Assembly (NCBI GenBank): GCA_000320545.1
Contig: ADNK01001129.1
Span: 1-64,000, forward strand
Source: Bigelowiella natans CCMP2755
Taxonomy: Eukaryota > Protista > Cercozoa
Length of the DNA: 64,000 nucleotides
Reading direction: 5' to 3'
Positions 1-14,460 of this stretch are shown in pieces. Below the pieces are notes generated by a model. It worked only from the letters and a program-made list of their open reading frames with translations. It was not told the DNA's origin and made no database searches. Each line of letters begins with the position of its first letter. The stretch's first letter is position 1. The position numbers were made by a program, and so were the translations under genes.

Positions 1-101
1 CCCCCCCCCAGCTCCCATCCTTCCTCGTCTTTTACTCCTTCTCCTCACTCATAGTATATCCCTTATTGATATCTTCGTTTGCCCTCCTCGTCTTCTTTCT
101 G

Positions 102-525
102 CAGCTACACCGCTACGAGCAATGCGTATCGCCAGCATCCAAACGGTTACCGGAATAAAAAGGGGAGTATGGATAATAAGGCTGCGGTTGTGGCAAAATT
201 GTACCCATTCCTAGGAGTCTGGGACAGGCTATGTGCTTCTATAGGGTCATCGTGCCAATCGGCTAAGACCTTCGCTCAGGCGGAAAGCTATTGCAAGGGC
301 ACTAACGGGCGACTTTGCCGCATCGATGAAGTCGATAGGTTTGTAAAGAATGATTCGTTAGACGACGAAAATGCGAGGGTGGGGAGGAGGTGTTGAACGC
401 CATTGAGATGATACATGAGAATCATTTTGTCCGTGCGCGCACATGAGTACTTTGGTGTGCCACAGCCCTTTCCCTTCGGATACTGACGCCACGATACGCA
501 TACTTATATGCATGCACATGAATTC

Positions 526-563
<38 letters not shown>

Positions 564-569
564 TTGTAA

Positions 570-608
<39 letters not shown>

Positions 609-1209
609 GTATGATTTCAATTTCTCCATATGTTTTTTCACTATATTCGTAGGTTCATCACTACAGGAACAGGCTGTAGTTTCGACTACAAGTAAGATTC
701 GCAAAAAATAAGTGCACTGAGAGAAAACGAGAACACGTTCACCATTTCAATCTAGGCCGTTTCCTCAAAAGGGGGAAACGTGACTTTGAAGCAGATATCA
801 CCAACCTACAAACAAATACACGATTGCGCCGGCGCATGTGTTTATGTGTGTGTGTGTCGTCCTGTCTCGCTCGAGAGACCTTCGGAAGAAGAAGTCATCT
901 TCCATATTTCTTCTTCTTCTTCTTCCTCCTCTTCTCTCCCACGAATGAATTCGACAGTGACTGCCTTCTTTCCATTAGTTACGTCTGGAGCAGTAGCGTG
1001 TGCGGCGTGTCTTCCGCTGGTGTATACTCGTATTGGCAGCAGTATGGCGACAAGGGATACAATACACCCGATCTCAACACAGCTCACAAGAAGAGATGCG
1101 TGGTATGTAAGAGAGGGGGAAAGGGAGGGGGGGGGGGTGGTGGGGAGCAAGCCTTATCATGATGTAAACGACGAATATGTACATCTATAAGATATAGATG
1201 CTAATGCAA

Positions 1210-1263
<54 letters not shown>

Positions 1264-1471
1264 TGTCCTGTATTTATTCATATAATGAGTATGCGTGTGT
1301 GTGTGTGTGTGTGTGATAGGCTGCGACAACCACCGCCAACGTGCGCTGCTGTGCGGATAAATACGATCCCCAAAGCGGGTAACAACAGGACCAAATTCAT
1401 AGCAATAGCAGTCGAGAGTTGGGATGTGTGCGAAGCAGTCGTGCAACGAAAATAGTCGTGGACTTAAATGC

Positions 1472-1535
<64 letters not shown>

Positions 1536-1894
1536 TGTATCCGTGTCTTTCTACTAATCTATGTGTTTCATTCCTCCTCCTCCTCCATTTATCTCCTCCT
1601 CTTAACCATCTCTAGAATCAATGAGGGTCGTATCGATGTCGTTGTCGACGGCACGACAGTGGCCAAGGAAATCCGCCCACCGAAGAACAAGTGGACCAAG
1701 TACTCTGTGCAATTCAAGGCCGAGAAGGGCAACCGCGCCGTCGTTGAGATCCGCAATAGCTTCACTGCAAACAAGGTGAGAAAGAGGGTGTGGGGAATAT
1801 ACCATTGAGATATTATAAATATGTATAAATGTGTGTATATATATGTATATATATATACAATATTTATATGATATAAAATTATATGTGTGTGTGT

Positions 1895-1940
<46 letters not shown>

Positions 1941-2205
1941 TCTGAGCAGAAAATTGTACATCATGAATACCTTCCTCTCGTCGTTGTCACCATGATTAGC
2001 ATTGTGACTCTCCCTCCTCCTCATCCTCTATCTCGTTGATCCTCCTCCTGCCCCTAGATCTACGAAGTACACGTTGACGGCGTGGAAGTCAGGAGCATCG
2101 ACACTCCTCTCTGGGACTTGCAGATGTCGTCCTCACTTGATACTGCGGTACAAACCATTTTTACTAAAACGATTGCTAATGTCGTCTTCGTCATTTTCTA
2201 GCTGG

Positions 2206-2246
<41 letters not shown>

Positions 2247-2776
2247 CACACGCGCACCCGAGCATGACACCATACCAACCAACTCGCCTGATGATAACAG
2301 GTTGATGGGGTGACAACTTGCGCGTACCATACCTTCGCTTGCACGGAGATGAACAAGAAGTGTGGCTGTCGCTACGACCTGTACCCCTCCGATGAAGTGT
2401 ACGACGCCTACACGATGAAGTAAGAGAATTGCTTACATGAAGAAGAAGAGTGGATGAATGAAGAAATGCCAGACCTGCCAAAACATAACTTATGTGCGTG
2501 CGTGGTCATGTGTGTTGTCATCGTTTGTGCGGGTGCGCACCTCTTCTTTGATTTCCTTCTATAGCACTTGTTGATACTAGTTCCATGGAGGAGGAGAGAT
2601 CCCATGATTAACTAGTTTTTGAGTTGTGGCGACCATCCTCTCTCTCTCTCCCTCTTTCCTTCCTCTATCTGCCTTTCTCCCCCTCTAATTTGGCGTATTG
2701 TTGTGCGTAAAACTTGCTGTTCAGATGCAAGCCTGAGGACGAACCGACGGGAGTGCATCATCAAAAGGCGTCCTAG
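102..2776 (+). CDS. 3' part of a multi-exon Cys-rich, probably extracellular protein (starts upstream of the window)
   Basis: Phase-consistent exons at about 102-338, 652-691, 979-1102, 1320-1378, 1617-1775, 2059-2147, 2301-2418 and 2725-2776 give ...KTFAQAESYCKGTNGRLCRIDEVDRFITTGTGCSFDYNYVWSSSVCG...NVRCCADK, then a beta-rich segment (IDVVVDG...WTKYSVQFKA...VEIRN...VHVDGVEV) and a Cys-rich tail ending ...HHQKAS*. Confidence 0.65.
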
Positions 2777-3396
2777 AGGACGGCTTATGATACGCTCAGA
2801 CAGCCAACGCACGCGTGCACGCTAACACATCCTAGATGTAATGTATGTACAAGAAGATAAGATAGAGAAATCGTGTGTATTTTTGTGTTCATGACAGCGA
2901 GAGTGTTGAGATGGCACCTGAAACGCTTCGTGATTTTTTTCCTCCGCTGAAGGTCGTTTTGCTAGAGTTATCTGAACTAAAAGAAATTAGCATTCCCCAA
3001 TACCACCAAACTATATTAAAACAAACCCCAATAAACGTCGTCTTTGATGCAGCAAGCAAATATACTGGCCCTCCTCTCGCTTTCCACACGAATTTATTTC
3101 TCTCATTTTCTATTATTTATGTCGTCGGATGTGTGTGCGTGAACCACCTCAACGGTAGTTTACATCATTTATTTTCATCACGTAACACAGTGCATCACCT
3201 GGACTACATCATGCATGAGATGATGAGATGAGTCTGCAAACACTGCTGCAGCCGCGTAGTCACAGATCAGCTACAATGCATGGCCATGGTGTCAAACAAT
3301 AAATGGCGTTGCCAGCCGCACATGGTGCTCGATGGCATAGCTAGCATCGAAGGCTGGCAATCGATATCTGTGCTAGCTATAGTAGCTGTCCATATG

Positions 3397-3476
3397 TATG
3401 AGACGGGTGTAATGAGGTGATTAAATCTTTTTAATGGTCATCCTTATGTAGCTGTGCAAAGCAGAGGCTAAGGCGC
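3397..3476 (+). mobile_element. solo left TIR of the ~80-bp-TIR MITE family
   Basis: TATGAGACGGGTGTAATGAGGTGATTAAATCTTTTTAATGGTCATCCTTATGTAGCTGTGCAAAGCAGAGGCTAAGGCGC aligns with 49776-49856 and 26645-26716. Confidence 0.75.
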
Positions 3477-3842
3477 TGTAAGCCGTAGTGTACGCATGTG
3501 TGCATGATATGTCAGTGCACCAGCAAATGATGCAATAATGGATTGTGCCTGCGCGCGCGTCATCGGTATCTTAGTACAGCGTGTGTACATGCGCGTCGAT
3601 CGAGCATCCAGCACAATATATAGTAAATAAAGCGCTTTAAAGATTCTTCATGGAGGAGGAGGACGTCGGGACTAGCATTGCACAGAGAAGCAATTGGTCT
3701 AGTAGCTAGTAGCACATGCATGCAGCTACAATAACTAGTGTCGGCATATTCTAGATGTGTTACATAGCAATAATTTTGTCATTTGTTCTAACGTATACAC
3801 AAACACGATAAACTCGATTATTAGTTCTAGAAGCCTGATTAA

Positions 3843-6800
3843 TCACGTCTGCAGAAAACGTATCTTTAGCTCCTCCATGCTCTTCTCCATCCTTATACAC
3901 ACACACACACACACGCACACGCACACGCACACGCACGCACTCAAACACATATAATTTACTCACAAATGCTATGATACTGCTGATAATATTTTGTATGATT
4001 TACGACGAAACGTATCATTCCACGTGGTTGCTGGGACGATATATGGGTGGGTGGGGGCGGGGGGGGAAGGGGGGGGCGGACTTCGCTAACCGATTAAGTC
4101 TCGTCTGTTGCTCTGAGCGTTGTTTTTCGAATTGCGCGCGGACCTATGCATGGAGCGTCGTGGTGTGACGAACTATCAGGGTGGCGATGAACGGTGGGAA
4201 TGACAACACACACTCTTCTTTCGATTTCTTCATAAAGCATCTCGATCGACCTCTTTCATTGTGTCGTTGAAGACCCTGGCACGAGGCCCTAGATCCTGCC
4301 CTAGCCGGCTGTTTGATGTGAGCGCGGAAACGAGACTGTTAGCTGTGCTTTCAAGTCCTGTGAGTAATGGCAAGTATTGTCGCTTAGGCCGTCTGAGTAC
4401 AAGGATGCTCCTAGGAGGGGAGGAAAGGAAGAAGGTGGCTCAAAATACACGACTACCATCCTGCTGAGCAATGCTTTGCCTTCCTCCGTTCTGAAACACA
4501 AGAAGCACATATGCTGAATAATTTCTGCTGCACACTAAAACGACGTGTGGTGCGAGCAACCTTCATTCTATTGTGCTGATCGAGAGCGAACGACGTAAGC
4601 TTTTCCAGTTTCACGGGTGCAGATTCGTCGTATTCTGGGGGCACAAACAAATAGCCCACATTAATGTGAGTTGCACGCAGTCCAACTCGTCATTTAGTTT
4701 ATTCTTAACAAACTTTTATTCATAGCTACGAGCATGCACGAATGTGCAGCTATGTTTGTGTGTGTGCGTGCGTGTTTTAGAAGTATGCAGGTATAAACTA
4801 GAGCTTCTAGACTGAAGGAAAATCTTAGGGTTACCTTCGTCCTCAGGAAGGCCCATTTGGAACGGAGACGTAGCAAAACTGGCAAAATCACCAACATTTA
4901 GTGGAAATCAACATTAACATCTTCCATCAAACGTCCTACTTCTTTAAAACAGCAAGGCTATCCGCTCCCAAATTTAACAATTTGACGTTACGAAGCTTCT
5001 GTCTAAATGATCTCATACAACCTTTTGTATGCTCCAATCTGCAATCTCTTATGATGTGGTTTCGAAAGCAGCATGTTCTTTGCGTGTTTTTTCCTAGTTA
5101 TCGTTTTCGCTCAGGCATGGATGTGTCTCAAAAATGTTAAATTTACACGAATTAAAGTTTTCAATGTCATCGTCATTAACAATGATCACCATCTTCCACG
5201 ACGTATCTGGCCATTCACTCCCTTCCCCCTCCCTTTCCTCTATCGAGTAATGAATAACAAATGATGCCAAGATAACAAACCTCATCTGCTTCGTTTTACA
5301 CGCGGATGCGATTTGCGGATAGAAAGCGCCTGTGGAGCATATTAGACATAGCATTGACGACCCAATTACTTCATATATCTATTCAGCTTGCACATTACAT
5401 ATGAGATCCCATTGCGTGAACACTTGGATGTATGATTCGCCGTTCTGTGGATTGGAGAAAGGAGGGGGGGGGGGGGGGGGGAAGGTTCTAGATAAGTGCC
5501 ATGAACTAAAATAGAGGGGAGGAAAGAGATGTGACATTCACATATATTATCCTCTGCAATCGGCGGTTTTTAAAGAATATGGCGCAAAAACTGGTGTGGT
5601 TTCTGTCCTATTTCATTATTGAATCTCCCTCCCCGCAACCTCCCTCCTTTTACGTTGTCTGTTGTCTGAAGATACAATTGCTCGCCCTCGAGAGATATCT
5701 GAGATGGGACATAATTGTAAATATAATAACAAAGTATGACACAAATACATATCCATGGTGGTAATAAAGGTGATGATGTTTAAACAAACTCAAATACGAA
5801 AACTAAACGAATTATTGACTTCTTGTCTGCCGACACTCTGTCCTGCGTGCTCGGACTTCGAGCCCTGTCACATTTACGAGTACATGTGCGTCCGTCACTT
5901 CATGCCGTTGTGAGGAGTGGGGGAGGCAGGAACAGAGAACTGTACGAAAGAGGAAGGAGAAATCTGTGGTGATAAAGGTGCTACCTTAGGGCCCTGTTTC
6001 ATGGTTGTCGACCCGTCCGGATTGACCTTCTGATTTGTAAACAAAGAGCCATCGTTGTTAGCCAGGTGCGCACACCATGTGTACACAGACGCGCATTCAT
6101 ACGCACCAAGGATCTCGACGCTTTGTAGAGCATCCGCCCCGCCGCACACCCTGTATTTTGAAGGTGGTTTCAGAAACAACAAGCGATGAATGAAGAGACC
6201 ATAAAAAGGCTGACGGTCGATCCCTCAGTCATTCATCGGAGTAAGTAATCAACAAGACTAAACAACCTGATTCCAAGTCCATCACGAGAAGCTCCTAAAC
6301 AATCGTATGCAATCGCGCGCGCGCGCGCGCGCACACACACGCACACATCAGATGTAGGTAGTAGAATGATCTTCCGTATTATGCGAATATTAAAGTCAAT
6401 CCAAAAACACCTTATCGTCGCAGAGCAGCACGCCAAACGGAAGATTCTTAATGCATTTCACAGCTGATTGAGAGCATATGCACGCGCCACACATACACAC
6501 ACACACACACACGCACACACACGGTCACGTCAATGAAAACAAAAGTTCTAAACTCAAAATATTCAGATATTCATGGATAACAGTCACTAACCGATTATAT
6601 CCTTTGGCAGAAGCTTCGAGTTGGGTAGCACCTGAACCAGGAGAGGCAAAAGTCAAAGGAGGCCAATAAGCAACGACAGAGCGACACCGCAATGGTGACG
6701 AATGCGAGCAGACATCTATTTGGAGATGATACATCCCTTACATTTAATATAGGTGGAAATGGGGATACTCGGCCTACGCATCACCAGTCCACCCAAACTA

Positions 6801-8092
6801 GCACTATGTGGAAGAAGGCAAATGCAGGGGAAATGGGAGATTTGGCTGCTACCTCGAGTTTCGCAGGAATGGGCTGTGTGAACACTTTTGCCACTGCTGC
6901 CATGCTAGAGGAGGCAATCAGAAGATACGATGGACTTCCTGAATCATCCAGTATTTATTATTCGACGTACTTCATTTGCACATTCTTTAGATCATATGAG
7001 AATATGGTGTGTGTGGAAAGTTTGGTGTTGGCTGCGCCCTTTGGGCGATTGTGAAGACCCTGGAAGGAAAGGCCGATGATTGGAGATCCCAAACACCGTT
7101 GCATATCGGTCTGCATCTGAATAAATCAAGCAATCTTTCAAAATAATGCAAATAAAGAATACACGTGTATATGTATATTGGTATCATCGTAAAATGTGCG
7201 AGACTAGAGTTTGGAACTCATGCATAACAAAAGCCTAAACTCGCTGCGTTTATACTTGCACTCTCCCCACTTAAATCAACAAACCTCCCCTCCTACATTT
7301 CGCACAAAATTTTACTTCTACCTGAAGAGCCATATTGAACACGGAAACGACTCCGTTCTCTGTGTTTATTTTCAAATTATGCTTGAGACTTGTGAATGCA
7401 GTCGGTGGCACGGGTAGTGTGTACACAGAGAAACACGCACGCACACGCACACCCATAAGTGCGCGCGTCTGTGTGTTTATTGATGAATCTTCCTACAAAA
7501 TATACACGAGGGATACGACATGTGTTCATGTTGATATTACTCAGGCCTATGGCGACAAGAGCTGACGTGAGCTCATCCGTGCACATAGCAGTGACCTGCA
7601 AGTGGTGGTTGTGTTACTTGCTAAGAAATGACAAGGAGGAGAAGAATGCAAGTGACAAATCTTGGGGGGGGGGGTAGGAGGGAGGAGAGAAGCAAATAAG
7701 GAGGGGGTATCAAACCGCTCACCTCTACTGGGAAATTCCATTCATTGATTGGTTTTGTATCTGCCGAATTGAAGAGGATGGTAAGAGGGGCGTCGTAGTT
7801 ACATTTGTACAGATTGCAGCACAGAAATCTATTATTTAGCTGCATAGCAATGACCACGTATCACACCCTTTTCCTGGGAATCTTTTTCCTCTCCTCCTTC
7901 TCCCTCTGTCTTCTTTTGCTTTGCTTCGAGCATATCTCTCCGAAATGGGAGATCATATCGAAGGAGCATTTTTGAGTTTGGACGCCGTAGCACCATGCTG
8001 GATGTAACTAGCTTCATCTGACCAATCAACACGATGATGACAAGAGATCACTTCGGCATCGAGTTTAGCAGGGTTTGTTGTTTGTTCTTCCT

Positions 8093-8140
<48 letters not shown>

Positions 8141-11131
8141 CTGTCCTACGAATCATTGGGGCACTCGGGGAAAAGGATCCCCATCACTTCCTCTTCGTTG
8201 CCATATCTCAGAGTTCCGTAATGCGGTGGCCGTAGATAGTACTATTTACATCAACAATGGTGCTCTACCCCGGAGGTAATTGGAGATCTGGTGAAGACAA
8301 ACTGGGGATTGTACACCTGATAGATAGCGCTCACAAGTTGAATATGGAAATAAATAAATATATATATCTAAATATTGCATCCCTATCTAGATAAACCCCT
8401 ATGAACATGCATATCAGAGAGGCAATACGCGAGAACGTGCACAAGAGCAAACACACCTTTTCGTCCTCCTCCTCCTCCTCTTCATCACCATCGATCCTAC
8501 CCTCCTCCTTTTTTTCTTCCTCTTTGTTCTCCTCCTTCTCCTCCTTCTCATTTTGTTTTCCCTTGTCCGCCTCCTTGGATTCAGCCTCATCAGCCTCAGG
8601 TTCGGGAGGGGGGAGAGGTTCGGTGGCAGCTAGAGTAACTAATCTATGCGTCTTTGCAGATAACTCGGTCGGTATATCTTCAGGAAGTTTCACGATATAT
8701 GCCTGCGTGTGTAAGGGAAAGGATGGATGGAGGAAGAGGAAGAGAGAGGGGAAATTGTCACAGGATTAAGCGTGTGCGCTTGTGCGTATCAAAGCCTAGA
8801 ATGTGTTATGTACATATCGTACACTTCTACTACTAATACTCCTATTTCTACATCTCCAACCCATACGCTATTGCTATACGCAGAAGGTGATGCCTATGTC
8901 CTCGACTTTTCCCATACCACTCCCCCCCTTTCCCCCTCATGTTGCGCTTAAACAACCTTTTTATGCGGTAGTTTCTTTTGGGCCTCCTGGGCCTGCTGCT
9001 TTATCTGATCCGACTGGCTCGCTTGGAAGTGTGTATTCAATTGTAACATAACCTCTGGAGTAAATCTAATAGGAATATGTGATGTTATTGTCTGCGAAAG
9101 GATAGGGAAGGGACTATGGATGAGGACATAAATCAGAGAAAATGAATCGTATTTATACTATCTTCACGGCGCGAAAACCATCTGCTCAGTCATTTCGACA
9201 GATCAGAAGGATATAAGTGCTTTCTTATGATCTCCGAGTGAAAGCACATTCCTTGCATCGTCCATAAAGGGGCGGGATGATGGAGCGTACCTCGAGTATA
9301 TTTCGTAGCAATCTAGACTTCCGTTCGAATAGCTTACGGCCACGAACCTGCGATGACGAAAGCAGAGCGATAATGTCTCAATTCTCCCCACCAGCATGAA
9401 TTATAGATCGTGAAGAAGTATGGCAAACCGTGCATCCTTCGAGATCTCGAGGCTGGAAACAGTTCCTGGTGGCTCGCCTTCTATCTTCCGAGTGCTAAAT
9501 AGCAACATTTGTTTTGTGCCTCATTTTCTCCTCGGTATCATTACGTTTTATCTTACAAAAGGTTTGTGTGTGTGTGTGTGTGTGCGTGTGTGTGTGTTTG
9601 TGTTTCTCCAAAGATGTAAGAGATGTCGCTGCCTTGGATCTAATTAGGTTTGGAAAACATGATATACAGTCTATGCATCCCTACTATATTTCCTTTCTCT
9701 GTGGCGATTTGAGGGATTGAAAATTCAAAAATGTTTTACGGGAATTGTGCCAGCAGTAGAGCACTTCCGTAGGAAACCCTCATGGCATACACCTAATTGA
9801 TGGTATTGATGAACAACACACACTCTAACGCACATATACACAAATTCAAATTTTTGCTTTTCTCGATTTTCTTCTTTGCTTCTCAGCCGCTCACAGAATA
9901 TACTGCTCTCATTCTGCAAATCGGTATCGTCACTATATATATATTGATATATAATTTGTTTGTTGCAGAGATACTTTTATGTGGGCTGCAGAGGCTGCTG
10001 CAATTATGAACCAATCTTGATCGAACAGCTTCATGGTCGGAGCTGTGTTCTGAGCAACCAACAATCATCGTTACCTCTCCACATAAACAGACGCTGGAAC
10101 CATTAGTGCTGCAAGCAGCCAAATTGGCTGTCATCTAGATGATTGATGTAATTTGCTTAACCTTTTTGTGGAGCGGCAGGTCACGCACCAAGATCTGCAT
10201 TGCTCTCGGGGCTAGTTCGGAGAAGAACGACTCGTCTCTATGAGCAACAAACGAAAAAAGAGAGTGCACACAAGCGACGAAAGGGTAAGTAATTTTCCAT
10301 TTCTCATCGTAAGCGTACGAATCACACACACTATAAATCTAATCAAATAGGTGCACTGTCTTAATGGCTCTGCACGTGGGAAGACTGTGGGGCAGCTCAT
10401 ACTTCGCTTCTCCCGCATGGTTACAGCAGCAAAATGGCATATTCAGCGTAGCAGTGCAAAGTTTTCAGTCTTGGTCTAACACGACCGTAAAGTCCTTTCC
10501 CTCCAACATAGCACATGCCTCTCCCCCCCCCCCCCTCTCCCCTCTAGGAGACGAGTCGAACCCGTGTGCGATAGAGATGTGCAAGATTGCTTGGCGCTCA
10601 TCTCCGGTGAGCTCCGGACAGGTATCCATCATCATTTCCACCGCAGGCCCTGGGGACTTCGGTTCGTCTCTATTGTGAAACGAGTACACGTAGCCTTTCG
10701 AACGAGGATCGAGATACAGAAGAGGGGAAGAAAATATGGATAATTAATTGGATATGAGATCAACAGAATTATAACAAAAACGATGAGACGGTGCATAGCG
10801 TTACGTTACTAGCGAGAAGTCCCTCTCTCCCTCTCCCTTTCTCCCATATATATACATTAGCATTTATTTATAGGATATGTATACAACGTGTATGTGTGTG
10901 TGTGTGTTGTGTCAAATGTCTAGAAGAGATAGTGTTGGATTTTGGTTGTGTAATAACCCTCATTATTGGATGCGAATTTCTGCGTTCCATCTCTTGACGA
11001 AGATATACAAGTTGTATGGCCTAGTTCACGTAACTTCTTGAAGGAAGATATGCAGTTCACTTCCTCGAGCACTACCTATCGAGAAGAACAGAGGAGAGAA
11101 TCACAAGCAGGAGAGCGCTACTGAGACCAAA

Positions 11132-11172
<41 letters not shown>

Positions 11173-11702
11173 TATCTTTCCCTCTTTTTATTTCCTCTTT
11201 TGACCTCTCCATCTCCCCCCCCACCCCCCTAGTGTTGAATAGGATATGTGCGTGTACTTTACATGTAATAATAATAAAAATAGGAGGAAGTGCGAGGCGA
11301 ATGTCAAGAAAGATGTACCTTATTCGGGTCTCTACTAATACTTTGCGCAATTGCACCATCGATGATCCTCAAGACTATCTGAGAAAGAGATTTCAGGTCG
11401 GCAAAGGTGACGTACGAGACATTATTTAAGATCAGAGATGAAATCGGGGTGAGTTTGGAGCCGGAAAAAAGGAACTCACAGTACCTTGTCGATCGTTTGG
11501 AAAGGCTCCGGCAATTGATCATGGGGGAAGTCAGGATCTGCCCATACAATCTTTCCTATCTCATCCTCCGGTGAGAGGGGGGGGCCTTTCACCTCGCTCC
11601 TACTACATATTCGAACACGTATGTCATTCTCAAACTCACGATGATTCATCGCAACTTCTGCGCTCAATATACACTTTACTAATGTATGTACCTCGACGCC
11701 AT
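3843..11702 (-). CDS. WD-repeat protein, WDR93 (CFAP297)-like, many exons
   Basis: N-terminus MASR|SEVKGPPLSPEDE...DPDFPHDQLPEPFQTIDK resembles the WDR93 motif DPD..LD.LPQPYRMI.K. WD40-like strands (FVAVSYSNGSLDCYEI), an acidic insert exon at 8457-8693, and last exons VRAQFEKQRSEQQTRLNRLA...MEKSMEELKIRFLQT* (stop 3843-3845). Confidence 0.65.
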
Positions 11703-12788
11703 CGTGGCTACAGGTATGAAAACCAGCACGACTTACGAAAAATAAATCATCATGCTACGTGCAATCATTTCTTAGTCGCTCAGCGCGAAGCCGTTAAGGC
11801 AGCGTGTAGAAGTTTTTTATCACCTTGATATCCGAGCTTCCATAATTAAACTAGAATAGGCTGAAAAATTATAGTCCGTTGGGCGACGCTCAAATCTGGC
11901 GCTTCGCTCGCCGCAGGGGGATTTTATTGATGATCGACTTCCGAAACCAGGCCGCGAAAAGCCCTTCCAGCAGAGAATACAATGACCTAAAAATGAATAT
12001 ATTTCACATGGAGATATATGATCAATATATACACGGATATCAAAGCTCAATTTCTCCAAAATTCTCCATTCCATCCCTCCCCCACCCCCCCAATAACCCT
12101 GGCAGCAAAAAGGGTTTTCTGGCAACGGACTAGCTTCCTACCTACGACAATATATCCTGGTTGTCGTATGAGACAATTTTATGTAGTTTTCATGGATATT
12201 TATGCTTGAAGAAGAACATAGTAGATATCGAATCTGCGACATCTTACAGTTTCCAAATCCAGTTTATTTGGTTAAAAGGAAACGGCCATGCCCGGCATGC
12301 CGGTCCGGCTAGTATTTCAGGAAAAAAAAGATCCTTTTGAACTCTGCGACAACACTACTTTGTGATGTCGTTCGGGGTTGGTCTAAACTAAAATCTGCTA
12401 CGAGACGAATGAGTACCGGGCCTTAAAACTCTAAAAATACAGGCGATGTTCACGAAGCGACATCAGCATTTCGATGTTGCAAAGATTCGACAGTGTTCGT
12501 TAGGCAAAACATCTACCTTCCCCCTGCAACAGTAGTTGGTATGTGATGCATAGGAGAGGTTTAGAGAGGGATAGGGAACCACAGCCAGGCGGGGGTATTT
12601 ATTCGGACCTCGATCGATGATTTCAGAGCGTATGATTATTTTCTGTAGGATTAAAGACGGCGAACAGTCGTATGGAACTGTAGATTAACTTCTCTCTCTC
12701 TCTCTCCCTCCTTCTCTTTTTGTAAGGTCTGCGTTGTCTCTCCAGTACTAGTGCCGTCAAAGGCCAAGCTTAGAGAGAGAAAGCAGAC

Positions 12789-13188
12789 ATGTCGGAGTTT
12801 GAAGTAACACAGGACGAGCTGGACAACCTAGATGATCTGCTCGGTGATGTTGATATTCACAAATCTGTGTGATTTTCGAAGTACTCTAAAGAGGGATATA
12901 ACACAAAAATGAATTTTCATGAATATTCATGAGAAGTCAAATTGCGAGTCTCTTACTAACTTCAATAAATATCGCTGGAAATCAGATGGAGATATAGAGG
13001 ATCTGGACCTCGACGACGATGACTTGCAACTGGACGATGATATCGACGAGATTCTTGAAGAGCATGAAGATCCAGTGAAAGTGGAGGCAGAGACGCCACA
13101 AGAAAAGGAGAAGTCCAAGCCAAAAGTAGAAGAAAAAGGAGGTTTGGAAGAGAGGACCAACGAAGGCTTAGTCGAAGGTGCGCGTGCG

Positions 13189-13230
<42 letters not shown>

Positions 13231-14424
13231 TGCGTGTAATACATTGCAAATACGAATATGTTATAATTATAATTCCTGTTCTACTTATCAGAGAATGCAA
13301 CGAAGCAACAGTCGACAGAGAATGACAAGCCAGAGCAGGAGGAGGAAGAGGCGGAGGAGCCGGGCAATATCCCTGACGACACTTTAAGCGAAAAGAAAAC
13401 TAGAGATAACAACGGACATAGTAGCACGAAAGACGATAGCCAAGTCAATAGCAGCAGTATGCGTGACGACGCAAGTGCTGATCGGGTGGCAGAGTCAAAG
13501 GCCAAAACCGCTGGTGCGAGGGATGAAGAGACCGTTGGTCAGGAAAACATAGATATCAAACCTGCAGTGCAGCCCGAGAAGAATCCTATTGACAACGGCA
13601 ACACAGAGGAGGAGAAGAAGACTAAAGTGGAAGCTCATTCTGCTGATAGTGCTGCTACTGGTGGTGGTAGTACTGCTGCTGCTACTGGTGGTGGCGGAGA
13701 ATCGCAAGACGTGGAGCAACATGACGACGAGCTCGACCACCTGGACCTGGACATAGGTGACGATCTGTCCGAGATTCTTGCGAGCGACGCCGACGAGAAT
13801 GAAAAAGTTCTTCAGGCTGAAGACGTTGTCCGGGCTGACGAAATTCAAACTCCGATTAAGAAGCTCGACAAACCTGACAAACCGATTTCAGTGGATAATG
13901 ATGAGACGAAGGGCGTGTTGTCGAAAAACACGCTATCTCCAGTCGACGAGAAGGATGCAGGACCACAGGAGGAGCACGGTAATAGTGAAACATCATCATC
14001 AGTGGTAGTTGCAGTGGATTGAGATGATGATAATGAGCTTTCAAATCCTTGGAGAACAGTTGTTGTGCAGGTGTGCGGTGGTCAATTACTTGATGAAGAA
14101 ACTTCTAGTGTACGTACTATGTCGTTATATGTCGACGTGGTGTTTCGGCTTCCCCTTTCAACACAATGCAGATGATAACCATACTGTGCCACTAGGGGAG
14201 GAACAAGGGGGGGGCGAGGGGAACGAAGCGCCTGTAGAGGAGGGAGTCCTGGACACCAAATCAGCCTCGCTGATTATCAAAGATAGGACACCAAAAGTAG
14301 GACAAGAAAAAACATCATATCAAATAAAAAGTAGCATGTTACCTTGTGTATGTGCAGTCTCCGATGTCAAATAACTACTCCCCGTCGTATTAGAGGCTTG
14401 TTTTCGTATTCTGATAAAGTGCAT

Positions 14425-14460
<36 letters not shown>

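Noticed and set aside
757-836. Exon-like stretch AVSSKGGNVTLKQISPT inside the first gene
   Set aside because: Its phase does not fit the flanking exons and it has no clear GT donor; left unassigned.
443-2330. Many ORFs with CVCVCV/HTHTHT/IYIYIY/SLSLSL runs (here and throughout)
   Set aside because: They are translations of intronic dinucleotide microsatellites, not proteins.
2875-3231. 118-aa ORF / possible minus-strand spliced fragment
   Set aside because: No recognisable motif; a gene cannot be supported.
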